Notes: a model not told the origin generated them from the letters alone. Numbered from the stretch's first letter, positions 1-8,428 are shown. The stretch is 61,817 bases of DNA from a virus (IMGVR_UViG_3300046007_013304:1-61817), one strand, 5' to 3'. Program-made: numbers and translations.

Positions 1-354
1 GAAGTCAACAAAGAACCCGGTCTTTACCACTACGATACTGGATTCGTGATTCGTTTCCCGAATGGTTATGCTGCAAGCATCCGCTGGGGTGAGCATAACT
101 ACTGCGTTTCGATGAACCCGGACCATACGGATTCCCACATGGCTGCTCTCGACGCTGAGGCTGCTGCGTGGATCTGGCGGACTCCGAAGGAGAGTGGGAC
201 CAATTCCGTGGATGGATTTGACCTGCACGCTATTGGGTTCTACCATGTGGATGGGTTTGATTATGGTGGGGACGATGTTCTCCCCTGCCTGTCACCCGAT
301 AATGTGGCAGAGTTCATCTACAAGGTTGCTAATCTTCCCCCAGTGAACCAGTAG
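1..354 (+). CDS. hypothetical early protein, 5' truncated by the window edge
   Basis: Frame is open from base 1 (EVNKEPGLYHYDTGFVIRFPNGYAAS...) to TAG at 352-354. Confidence 0.7.
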   Translation, partial: EVNKEPGLYHYDTGFVIRFPNGYAASIRWGEHNYCVSMNPDHTDSHMAALDAEAAAWIWRTPKESGTNSVDGFDLHAIGFYHVDGFDYGGDDVLPCLSPDNVAEFIYKVANLPPVNQ

Positions 355-430
355 GCTTTGGGTGTGCGAGATCTGCTTCAATCAGAATGAAACGCAGGTC
401 TGCATCCCAATCGTATTCTTCCCACCACAT
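329..430 (-). CDS. putative 33-aa leaderless late peptide (MWWEEYDWDADLRFILIEADLAHPKPTGSLGED)
   Basis: CCTAAATA on - strand at 443-436, then cttac and ATG; same 5-nt spacer as before gp3; below the ORF-track cutoff. Confidence 0.4.
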   Translation of the reverse strand: MWWEEYDWDADLRFILIEADLAHPKPTGSLGED

Positions 431-452
431 GTAAGTATTTAGGACTACCCAA

Positions 453-1031
453 ATGAATTACATCGCCCTCGATCTGGAAATGAACCAACCCTCGAATAAG
501 ATTATTCAGGTTGGGGTCGCTGTCGGAAATCCTGATCTGGGTGTCTTGATTCGTAAGGGATGGTATGTCGATCCCGAAGAGCCGATTGATGAATACATTA
601 CCCACCTGACCGGGATTGATGATAAGATTATTGATCTGGATGCCACCCCTCTGTCTGTGGTAGCCGAAGAGATCGGTAAACTTGTCATGGACAATAGTTG
701 TTTCACAAACCCGGTTCAGTGGGGTGGTGGGGATGTGAAGGTTCTGCTGAATGAGTTCAGGCTGAAGGAAATCAATTTCCCGTTCTTCGGCAGGCGAGAG
801 ATTGATGTCAAGACGATCTTCACCTACCTTTCGTTCGCACAGGACAGAAAGACCACGGGTGGGCTTGCCTCTGCAATGGGGCGGTACGGGCTCCAGTTCC
901 AAGGGACGGCACACAGGGCAGACATCGACGCTGAGAATACCCTACGCTTCTTCTTTGTTCTTCTGAATCGTCAGAAGCAATTCGAGAAAACCTTTAACGA
1001 AATGCGACAGATGGGCAAGTTGAACGGATGA
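453..1031 (+). CDS. DEDDh 3'-5' exonuclease (DnaQ/ERI-1-like)
   Basis: ExoI IALDLEM, LTGI, and ExoIII HRADIDA motifs. Confidence 0.85.
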   Translation: MNYIALDLEMNQPSNKIIQVGVAVGNPDLGVLIRKGWYVDPEEPIDEYITHLTGIDDKIIDLDATPLSVVAEEIGKLVMDNSCFTNPVQWGGGDVKVLLNEFRLKEINFPFFGRREIDVKTIFTYLSFAQDRKTTGGLASAMGRYGLQFQGTAHRADIDAENTLRFFFVLLNRQKQFEKTFNEMRQMGKLNG

Positions 1032-1048
1032 CCGATCTGTGGTATACT
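1020..1048 (+). promoter_or_regulatory. sigma70-type early promoter
   Basis: TTGAAC-17 nt-TATACT with extended TG; SD GGAGG and ATG 1069 downstream. Confidence 0.7.
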
Positions 1049-1068
1049 GTGGTACAGGAGGACGAGTA

Positions 1069-1461
1069 ATGGACAAGAACCTCAAGCGATATTACGACAT
1101 CAAGAACGGGATCGGCAGACCTGAGATCCTGAACCAGATGTATGAGTTTGCACGCCACATAATGGGTAATGATCCCGTCAAGTTGGAAGTGTATGAGTGT
1201 GCCAACCGGATCAGTCGTGTGTGGAAGGAAGAGAAAACCCGTGACATGATCTTCGCCCTGTCGCTTGACCTGATGTCCCTACAGGAGAGGCTTGAGAGGA
1301 ACGGGCTGGAAGCCCATGTGGATCTGTCCGGCTGCTTCTGCAAGGCTTGCACGAAGGCAGATGAGGAAACCAAGCAGAGGTTGCAGGAGGAAGTGAAGCA
1401 GAAGAGTCAAGAGGCTATGGATAAATTGTCCGAACTGGACGAAGAACTTGAGATTCAATAA
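1069..1461 (+). CDS. hypothetical protein with CxCxxC motif and coiled-coil tail
   Basis: ORF; start moved to ATG 1069 based on SD and promoter. Confidence 0.7.
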   Translation: MDKNLKRYYDIKNGIGRPEILNQMYEFARHIMGNDPVKLEVYECANRISRVWKEEKTRDMIFALSLDLMSLQERLERNGLEAHVDLSGCFCKACTKADEETKQRLQEEVKQKSQEAMDKLSELDEELEIQ

Positions 1462-1471
1462 AGGAAAACAA

Positions 1472-2356
1472 ATGAGCGACCGAACCGAAATCATCAACAA
1501 GCAATACAATCATTACTCCAGTCTACGCAAGATGATCTTTGATCATGTCCCCGTGGATTTCGTTGACGGGATGTTCACCATGCTGGATGCCGTGGTCAAC
1601 ACTTCACGGCAGGTGGGATATCAGCACGCCCTGAATCTCCTTGAGAATAACAATCCCCACTGGGGTGGTGTCATGCCTGTGAAGTATCCTGAGTTCACGG
1701 TTGACGAGGATCTTCAGGTCGATTACAATCTGTCCAAGATGGTAAACGAGGAGAACAAGAAGTTCTACAATGATGTGGCGGACAAGGTGAGTAATCACTA
1801 TGCCAATTCTCCGAAGCCCATCGTTGTCCCACAAACCGTCTTTGATAAGATGGTTGCCACTTATAGTGACGACAAGAACTTTCAGGATTACAAGGAATCT
1901 TTTGTCAAGAATCTGGACAACGATTATGCTACTCAGGTTGCCAATGATCGCAAGCGATTCATTCGCAATCTTGAAGTCGGCTCAGAGGTTTTCTACACCG
2001 GAGATGTCGATCGGGGTGAGGCTGCTCGCGTGATCAGTATTGATACGCGACTGCCGATTGACGAGGCGACTGAGGTTATCATCTGGTTGCCCACGAATGT
2101 TGAGGTCAAGACAAATGTTTCTTACCTTGATCCTCTGACTCAGGTGTTTCTCGACACTCGTAATGAATTCATGCAGCGTATGCGTTCGGGTGATCGTGTG
2201 TACTACTGCCCTGACATCGGTGAAGAGTTCTACGCTACTGTGGTGTCCGTGATGGATGTCGCAGGGCAGCGTACCGAATCCACCCCTGTCACCGTTGAGA
2301 ATCACGGTACACTCACTCATGGAACTATGGAGGATATTAGCAGTGCAGGTTTCTGA
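1472..2356 (+). CDS. hypothetical protein with two tandem SH3/KOW-like C-terminal repeats
   Basis: SD AAGGA before ATG 1472; repeats RKRFIRNLEVGSEVFY and RNEFMQRMRSGDRVYY. Confidence 0.7.
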   Translation: MSDRTEIINKQYNHYSSLRKMIFDHVPVDFVDGMFTMLDAVVNTSRQVGYQHALNLLENNNPHWGGVMPVKYPEFTVDEDLQVDYNLSKMVNEENKKFYNDVADKVSNHYANSPKPIVVPQTVFDKMVATYSDDKNFQDYKESFVKNLDNDYATQVANDRKRFIRNLEVGSEVFYTGDVDRGEAARVISIDTRLPIDEATEVIIWLPTNVEVKTNVSYLDPLTQVFLDTRNEFMQRMRSGDRVYYCPDIGEEFYATVVSVMDVAGQRTESTPVTVENHGTLTHGTMEDISSAGF

Positions 2357-2666
2357 ATTTGATTATAGCATCGAGGAGTTCGAGGAATATATGTTTAATG
2401 TCCCGACCGCAAACTTCTGGACGATGACCAACACCGATGTCCAGTGCATGATGGGTGAGATTATGAAAGCGGATCGGTATGCTTATTCGCCCGCTGTACC
2501 TCGACTGTACCAGAAGTTCTTTGTAGATGTTTCCAATGGCAAGATCATCAACATGACTTGTCATCACGACCAAGGAGATATTCTCTGGTGCGAGCGACCG
2601 TCACACGAACACAAGGTCATCATCTCTAAGTTCCGATTGACTAATGTCCCTATCGAAATCCCTTGA
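2343..2666 (+). CDS. hypothetical protein (start GTG 2343 or ATG 2391)
   Basis: ORF filling the operon; both candidate starts have SD-like sequences. Confidence 0.55.
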   Translation: MQVSEFDYSIEEFEEYMFNVPTANFWTMTNTDVQCMMGEIMKADRYAYSPAVPRLYQKFFVDVSNGKIINMTCHHDQGDILWCERPSHEHKVIISKFRLTNVPIEIP

Positions 2667-2690
2667 CAACGCCAACAGACCTGCTACAAT
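2663..2690 (+). promoter_or_regulatory. sigma70-type early promoter, leaderless transcript
   Basis: TTGACA-16 nt-TACAAT with extended TG; ATG 7 nt downstream. Confidence 0.75.
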
Positions 2691-2697
2691 GAGCAAC

Positions 2698-2943
2698 ATG
2701 AACAACAACGACATCATCTACCGCCTTCGTACGCACACGCCCGCCATCTGCTCGACGCTGATCGAGGATGCCATCAAGCGTATCTGGGAACTTGAGGACG
2801 AGCGTGACAAGGCTCGCATCGAGTACTGCATCGCTGAGGCGGAGAACGACATGCACAACCATGTCTCAACCAGCCCTGCCCAGATCGCTGAGGAGTGTGG
2901 GTGGGACTACCTTGCGGAGAGGTTTGACGAACAAGAAGCCTGA
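2698..2943 (+). CDS. hypothetical early protein
   Basis: ORF directly behind promoter; early-type codon usage. Confidence 0.7.
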   Translation: MNNNDIIYRLRTHTPAICSTLIEDAIKRIWELEDERDKARIEYCIAEAENDMHNHVSTSPAQIAEECGWDYLAERFDEQEA

Positions 2944-2964
2944 ATTTACTTTAAAAGGATTACA

Positions 2965-3252
2965 ATGACTACGAAGAAGAAGAAGAGCAGCAATTGTCTT
3001 GAGTACCACATCTCGCTCCACTGGAACAATTTGGGGGATGACCATGAATACTTCATCCACTCCCGTGCGATCGAGAGGTTGTATCCTCGTTCGTTCTCGG
3101 GTTCCGGCATGGGTATGGGTGGTTGTGATGTGAGCCTGTACTGCAAGAGGACTGATACCGTGGGCAAGATTGTCACTGGGCTCGTTCAGTATGTCAACAA
3201 GCACAACTTGATTGATCCTGACATTCTCATCTCGTTTCAGGAGAACGAATGA
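2965..3252 (+). CDS. hypothetical protein (SGSGMGMGGCD motif)
   Basis: ORF with SD AAGGA. Confidence 0.65.
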   Translation: MTTKKKKSSNCLEYHISLHWNNLGDDHEYFIHSRAIERLYPRSFSGSGMGMGGCDVSLYCKRTDTVGKIVTGLVQYVNKHNLIDPDILISFQENE

Positions 3253-3479
3253 CGAACACGATTGACTACCGCAAGGTCTGGTTGCAGAGTCTTGACGAGG
3301 GCAAGACTGTGTGGTGGGAAGATCCTCTTGGTCTTGACTCGGGTTGGTGGGAGATCAACAGCATTGAGTGTGATGATGTGATCAACAACATCGAGATGGC
3401 AGAGATCTCCCTCATCCGTGAAGACAGCACCGACATCCCCGAAGTAACCACAGACGAAATCTTTCCAAGGAAGCCATGA
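3249..3479 (+). CDS. hypothetical SH3-like small protein
   Basis: ATGA overlap with upstream gene; resembles repeats of the 1472 ORF. Confidence 0.65.
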   Translation: MTNTIDYRKVWLQSLDEGKTVWWEDPLGLDSGWWEINSIECDDVINNIEMAEISLIREDSTDIPEVTTDEIFPRKP

Positions 3480-3655
3480 GATACAATCACGCAATTACCG
3501 TTTCATTCAGTATTGATTCAGACAGCGATGCAGAGGACATCACCAGCGAAGAGATCGGTGATCGCCTCGTTCGCATTCTGAACCACTCCGATCTCCTCGC
3601 GGAACTTATCGAGACTGCGGAGATCTATGACACCGTGGAGAACGACGAGGAATAA
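3476..3655 (+). CDS. 59-aa acidic hypothetical protein (MRYNHAITVSFSIDSDSDAED...ENDEE)
   Basis: Translated by hand; ATGA overlap; fills the gap; missed by the ORF cutoff. Confidence 0.65.
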   Translation: MRYNHAITVSFSIDSDSDAEDITSEEIGDRLVRILNHSDLLAELIETAEIYDTVENDEE

Positions 3656-3659
3656 TACA

Positions 3660-3887
3660 ATGAAGCATGCTTACACCGTTTACATTCACGACTATGCACA
3701 CGGTCCCATCACGGACGATAACATGATCATCTGTGACGAAACGAATCTTGTGTTTGCAATCAACAAGATGCTTGAGAGAGGGAATGGTAGCAAGTCTGTC
3801 TGTGTCAAGCGATGCCAACTGATGACCGATCCCACCAACACTGACGAATATCGTATGGGCGCATGGGGCAAGGGCAAGGACGAGTAA
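3660..3887 (+). CDS. hypothetical protein
   Basis: SD GAGGA before ATG 3660. Confidence 0.6.
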   Translation: MKHAYTVYIHDYAHGPITDDNMIICDETNLVFAINKMLERGNGSKSVCVKRCQLMTDPTNTDEYRMGAWGKGKDE

Positions 3888-3893
3888 TAACAA

Positions 3894-4229
3894 ATGTCTA
3901 ACGAAGATCTTTTTTTCTGGTTCACTAGGATTGTCGGCATGTCTATTCTCATCACCATCGCGGCTCCCATCATCGGAATCGCATTCTCTGCGGCATCGTA
4001 TGGTGCATCTTTTTTCGGCGGTCTAAGGTCAGACGACGATGATTATGATGAGTCTCTGGTTGCAGATCTTGACTGGGAAGAAGAGGAAGTCGAGGAGCCT
4101 CCGGTCAAGAAGCGTGTGTCTCGCAGTCTAAATACAGGTTCCTCAGTCAAGGAGTACCGTCTGCCGGATGGCAGCAAGGTGGCTTTCAATACCACTGAGG
4201 TTGAAGTATCAGAACGATCAGCAATCTAA
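3894..4229 (+). CDS. membrane protein with N-terminal TM helix and acidic linker
   Basis: Hydrophobic IVGMSILITIAAPIIGIAF followed by a D/E-rich stretch. Confidence 0.65.
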   Translation: MSNEDLFFWFTRIVGMSILITIAAPIIGIAFSAASYGASFFGGLRSDDDDYDESLVADLDWEEEEVEEPPVKKRVSRSLNTGSSVKEYRLPDGSKVAFNTTEVEVSERSAI

Positions 4230-4239
4230 AGGAGAACAC

Positions 4240-4365
4240 ATGCTAGAGGATACTGTGGAAACTTTGCCGGGATGGATAAAATTTATTATCGCAGTGGGAG
4301 CAGGAACCATTATGGGTTTGGCGACCGCACAATTTTTAATGATGATGGGTATGGGACATGGGTAA
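4240..4365 (+). CDS. 41-aa single-TM membrane peptide
   Basis: SD AAGGAG; WIKFIIAVGAGTIMGLATAQFL. Confidence 0.6.
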   Translation: MLEDTVETLPGWIKFIIAVGAGTIMGLATAQFLMMMGMGHG

Positions 4366-4469
4366 ATCTTTTAATGATCGAAACCGCAAGAAGGGCGCAG
4401 AGCGTGCCTATCGCAAGACGCGACGAGATGACCGAAGGACTGGTCCTAACCGAAGCAGAGAGGACTGGT

Positions 4470-4748
4470 ATGGGTCAGAACGACGAGACATTTCAGACAA
4501 GCAGACCGATCGTAGTAGTCAACCTTGACTGTGGATTTGAATTGTATGTCTGGACCCCAGAGATGAACGGGGAGGAACTTCGCGGATGGTTCTCAGGGCT
4601 CTCTGAAGAGGCTATGACAAACATCTGGGACGATCCCAAGTCTCTCCCCGGTAAGGTGGAGAGACTTGCCTTAGCCCGTCCACAGAGTCCTACCCATGTC
4701 CTGAGCGTGGAAGGAAAGAAAGAAATAACGCTGGTGGAAATGAAGTAG
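4470..4748 (+). CDS. hypothetical protein (alternative start 4374)
   Basis: SD GAGAGGA before ATG 4470. Confidence 0.55.
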   Translation: MGQNDETFQTSRPIVVVNLDCGFELYVWTPEMNGEELRGWFSGLSEEAMTNIWDDPKSLPGKVERLALARPQSPTHVLSVEGKKEITLVEMK

Positions 4749-4933
4749 GGAGTCCCTGTTCGGAACTCCCTCCTCACTCACAATTTGTACGACGCGAATT
4801 GATTATCTATTGTTGATAGTAGATTATTTTTGTCTTAATCTGTAAAGATCTGCTGGTGTTATCTCCAGTTTTTATTTATCAAATAAAAAGTGTGTGAAAA
4901 TGTTCACAATCTTTATTTCTCTGTTACCACCTG

Positions 4934-4941
4934 TATAAATA
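4934..4941 (+). promoter_or_regulatory. T4-type late promoter with no downstream CDS
   Basis: Exact TATAAATA. Confidence 0.65.
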
Positions 4942-4946
4942 CTCTT

Positions 4947-5040
4947 GTCCTGATTCAAGGGAAAATGGGTTCTAAGTAACCTTAGAGTACCTTTAAGATT
5001 AATTGGGCGGCAAATCCCGGTGAAAACATCGGGATTTATT
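4947..5040 (+). ncRNA. candidate small RNA, copy A
   Basis: Late promoter, 5' motif shared with the 52729 element, internal hairpin TCTAAG/CTTAGA, 3' hairpin AAATCCCGGTG-AAAA-CATCGGGATTT. Confidence 0.45.
5011..5040 (+). terminator. hairpin terminator between converging transcripts
   Basis: 11-bp stem with one G-U pair on the + strand, followed by a T-rich run. Confidence 0.55.
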
Positions 5041-5428
5041 ATTTAAACACAGGTGATATTATTTTTCTGATGGTATCATATAAAGAACCGCCCACCGAAT
5101 TTCTTACACTGCTGAACGATTCCGACATTCTGTCTTTCCTGACACCAAGATTTCTAACAAGTTCTTTCTTACCCCCATCATCATGGACTGAAGAAACATA
5201 TGTCGAGGATGCCATTCCGCCCGCTGATGGAGTTGTTTCAGGATCAAATTCTTCATCATCGGATTCCTCATCTGACGATTCTTCATCTGGTTTCAGCCAA
5301 GAAGGTGGACCAACAAAATCTGGAGACAATTCTGGATCTTTATCATCCTCATACCATTTGTCACCCTTTTCAAGTTCGTTAAGAATTTGAAAAACATGTT
5401 CCCTGATGATTTCTGATCGGGCATTCAT
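5039..5428 (-). CDS. acidic hypothetical protein, putative head-internal protein
   Basis: Last gene of a three-gene minus-strand operon; N-terminal IIREHVFQILNE. Confidence 0.6.
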   Translation of the reverse strand: MNARSEIIREHVFQILNELEKGDKWYEDDKDPELSPDFVGPPSWLKPDEESSDEESDDEEFDPETTPSAGGMASSTYVSSVHDDGGKKELVRNLGVRKDRMSESFSSVRNSVGGSLYDTIRKIISPVFK

Positions 5429-5429
5429 T

Positions 5430-6536
5430 TTAATCTATGTAAACATTCCTGTTGGAACCGTCAACATAATATCTTTTGCCCTTATTGTCGGTCCAAACCT
5501 TTTGGGCTCCCGGGGCATCTGATTTGACCACCGATTTCGTGGTCTTGTCATACATGTAACTTCCTTGAGGCATTTGCCTGCTTTGTGTTTGTCCCGGTTG
5601 TCCTTTGTATGTTGTGCTGGGAGTTGCAGATCCGGTGGGATTTGGTGCAGTGCGTGGATTTCCATCCGTATCTATTTCACCCTTGTTGTATGCCACTGCC
5701 TTGTCATATTCGCCTTGGCTTGCATCACTGTATCCTGATGGATTCGTTGCTCTTATTTCCTTTTCGAGAGCATCACGCTCGGCTTTTGTTTCTGCCCTTA
5801 TTTGTGCCTCACTCTTTTGATTTGCCATTACATCTGCGAGATTTTTTTCTGCTGCTCTTGCTTGACCTTCAGCCGCAACATATTCTGCTCCGGTCTGACT
5901 TCTTGCGCCGATTCTGCCAAGCATTTTCGCTTTTTGACTGGCTTCCCAGTCGGCTATTTTCTTTGCTTTTTCTGTTTCTCGATATGCTGCTTTTGCGGCA
6001 GGGTCTCTGTCTCTGGCTCTCGCCTGATTCATTTCATCTTTTTGTTGCTTGTTGTATGCATCCACTTGTTCTTGTGAAGCGGGTCCATCCAATTTCAATT
6101 CTCTTCCGACTATTTTTTCTCTTTCTGCTCTTGCTTTTCCACCAAGACCATAACCGCCCGCGTATTCAGCATCAAATTGTTTTTTGCCTGCTTCAATTTT
6201 GGTCCCCAATTGCTTACGCCAAATTCTTAACATTTCCTGTGATCTTTTGTATTCATCAGTCGGAAGGGATGATGGATCAACACCAAATCCTTTCAGTTCA
6301 TCATCACTGTAACGATCCTTCCAATTTCCTATGAATTCGGTTTTTCTTTCATCTCTTTTGGCATTACGGTTCTTTAAATTTTCTTGTCTGAGTGCTTCTC
6401 TTGCTTGCATAGCCTCAAATGAGGCTTTATCTGCTTCTGCTCTTTTTCTTGCTCTCTCCGCTCGTCTTTCTTCAAAACTAGACTCAAGTAAATGAGAAAT
6501 GGTATCATTCATCGCATTTAAACGGTTCATCTTCAT
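5430..6536 (-). CDS. charged helical protein, putative head-internal protein
   Basis: 368-aa ORF, SD AGAGGA, N-terminal ISHLLES. Confidence 0.7.
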   Translation of the reverse strand: MKMNRLNAMNDTISHLLESSFEERRAERARKRAEADKASFEAMQAREALRQENLKNRNAKRDERKTEFIGNWKDRYSDDELKGFGVDPSSLPTDEYKRSQEMLRIWRKQLGTKIEAGKKQFDAEYAGGYGLGGKARAEREKIVGRELKLDGPASQEQVDAYNKQQKDEMNQARARDRDPAAKAAYRETEKAKKIADWEASQKAKMLGRIGARSQTGAEYVAAEGQARAAEKNLADVMANQKSEAQIRAETKAERDALEKEIRATNPSGYSDASQGEYDKAVAYNKGEIDTDGNPRTAPNPTGSATPSTTYKGQPGQTQSRQMPQGSYMYDKTTKSVVKSDAPGAQKVWTDNKGKRYYVDGSNRNVYID

Positions 6537-6595
6537 TGTAAGTCCTCTGGTGTTTTAAATGCATGAATCCCAATTAAGGGATTTCTGCATGAGAT

Positions 6596-7606
6596 TTATC
6601 TAATTTTATCGCCTTTTGATTTCATTGTTTTACCAGTTTTCGCAATTTGTTTCAAATATGATTCCATAGCGTATACTGGTTCCAATAATCCAAATTTACC
6701 TCTTTTTATTTCTGTTGGCTTCGGTCCAGATCTTGGCGGGACATTTCCGGGTCCAACGCTTCCGAATGTATCTCCGAAATTATCGCTACCCCTAACAAAA
6801 CGATTATATGATTCTGGATTGCTTGTTCCAAGCAAATTTCTGACAAAATCACCAACACCAAACAAATTGTATCCTGCTTCTGGAGTGGTCATCGGTTCTC
6901 CTCTTGTGGTAGCCGGAGGAGGAGGAACTGCTGTTCCGTCTGCCCTGCGTCCGGGTGCCGGTGACTCACCGGACGGAGTAAATGATGGTGGTTGACCTGC
7001 TGGTCTTGCTGCGTCCAATGCTTGTTTGTTTGCTGCATTTAGTGCTCTCTGTGCTTCCACTTGTGCAGGAGTTTGACCTGTTTTTGGTGCTAACTGGTCT
7101 GCGGGGAGCATCGAAGGATGTTCCATAGCCTTTGCTTCTGGAGATCCTACTGCAACATCTGGAAGAGGTTCCACTCTAACATCGGCTCTTCCCGGAGCCG
7201 GTCTTATTCTCGGTGCATTTATGTTACTTGGAGGAGCCGGGGGTGCTGGAGGAGCCGGTATGTTTGGATTTTGTAATCCAAATGGATTGACTCCGGGAAT
7301 ATTGTCTGGACGACCAGCCGCTGCTTGTGCGGGTTGTCCGATTTGATTCACATTTGTGAATTTGACTAAGGGTTTATTGTAACTTGGTCTATTTAAATAT
7401 TCGCCACCGGCAGTTTTTGCTCTGGATAGGTCTCCATCATCACCTATTCCGAAAACCCTATCACCGCCCGGAGAATCTGTCTTATACAGTTCACCTGTTT
7501 GTTTATTGAATGCCCAATATTTACCACCAGATGTATTCGGTTGTTCGAATAAATGACGAATTGCTTCATTTATTTTTTGAATTCTTACAGCTTTATCGTA
7601 TCCCAT
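6596..7606 (-). CDS. Pro/Ala-rich low-complexity protein, putative head-internal protein
   Basis: 336-aa ORF, SD GGAG, AATAAATA late-type motif at 7663-7656. Confidence 0.7.
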   Translation of the reverse strand: MGYDKAVRIQKINEAIRHLFEQPNTSGGKYWAFNKQTGELYKTDSPGGDRVFGIGDDGDLSRAKTAGGEYLNRPSYNKPLVKFTNVNQIGQPAQAAAGRPDNIPGVNPFGLQNPNIPAPPAPPAPPSNINAPRIRPAPGRADVRVEPLPDVAVGSPEAKAMEHPSMLPADQLAPKTGQTPAQVEAQRALNAANKQALDAARPAGQPPSFTPSGESPAPGRRADGTAVPPPPATTRGEPMTTPEAGYNLFGVGDFVRNLLGTSNPESYNRFVRGSDNFGDTFGSVGPGNVPPRSGPKPTEIKRGKFGLLEPVYAMESYLKQIAKTGKTMKSKGDKIR

Positions 7607-7712
7607 TTTTTCTCCAGTTTTATTAGGGTATAGTTTGTCCTAAATAGTCATGGTATATTTATTACTTTTTAATTTCTCGGTAATGGTTTTCCGCCTAAAG
7701 CAAGGAGCATGC

Positions 7713-8117
7713 ATGCGACGAAAAGCCAAGAACATTATTCAGAGAGTGAAAAAAGAAGTAAAAAAACATAATATTGATCTGAAAGTCACCAATGGCTACA
7801 AAGTCTGGTGTGAATCAGAAAAATGCTACGGTTATTTCATACCCCCCGGAAAAAGAAAAAAGGGACAATTGGCTGTTGCCAAGGGGGACAAGAGGCATGT
7901 CGATTATCTCTGGGATCTTGCCCACGAACTTGCACACTTTCGTCAATGGAAAAGAGAAGATCCAATTCTTGAAAAATATGACAATGATGAGTCTCTGTAT
8001 GGAATATTGGAAAAGATGACTGAAAAGGAAGCCCAGAAGATTTTTTCTGGATGGGGATTGAATCCATCCAAAAGATTGAAGAAAAGGTCAAAAGAGTATT
8101 TACAACAAATTTCCTAA
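7713..8117 (+). CDS. HEXXH zinc metallopeptidase-like protein
   Basis: LAHELAHFRQW with downstream E-x3-E; SD AAGGAG; CCTAAATA at 7639. Confidence 0.7.
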   Translation: MRRKAKNIIQRVKKEVKKHNIDLKVTNGYKVWCESEKCYGYFIPPGKRKKGQLAVAKGDKRHVDYLWDLAHELAHFRQWKREDPILEKYDNDESLYGILEKMTEKEAQKIFSGWGLNPSKRLKKRSKEYLQQIS

Positions 8118-8137
8118 ATAAGAAAAAAGGACTTGCA

Positions 8138-8428
8138 ATGCCAGATTTTTACATAAAAGGTGTCAAACTCAAAGCCGGATTCACATACGCTGTTAGTGGG
8201 GGAAATACTGGATATACCACAAGCCTATTCCCCAATGGTGCATCATATCTTGATGCATTCAACGGATTCATGGTTTATGGTGCGACGGCGACCACAGTAG
8301 GGGTTGTTTTTTCTGGTTCGACCGGGTACATATCGAATGTCAGATTGAATCCGGGTGAAGTATATCCGTTCCGTTTGCGTGTATTGAGTATACCCACAGG
8401 CGGCGGTGACATGTTAGGTCTTGCATGA
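8138..8428 (+). CDS. small beta-rich virion structural protein (putative)
   Basis: CCTAAATA at 8113; G-x-T motifs; LNPGEVYPFRLR. Confidence 0.6.
   Translation: MPDFYIKGVKLKAGFTYAVSGGNTGYTTSLFPNGASYLDAFNGFMVYGATATTVGVVFSGSTGYISNVRLNPGEVYPFRLRVLSIPTGGGDMLGLA

Noticed and set aside
378-914. 178-aa minus-strand ORF
   Set aside because: Shadow of the DEDDh exonuclease gene.
4747-4771. Intrinsic terminator after the 4748 stop
   Set aside because: Hairpin AGGGAGT..ACTCCCT is present but has no U-tract on +, so it was not called.
5585-6334. 249-aa hydrophobic plus-strand ORF
   Set aside because: Antisense of an A-rich K/E/A-coding gene, which produces spurious L/F richness.
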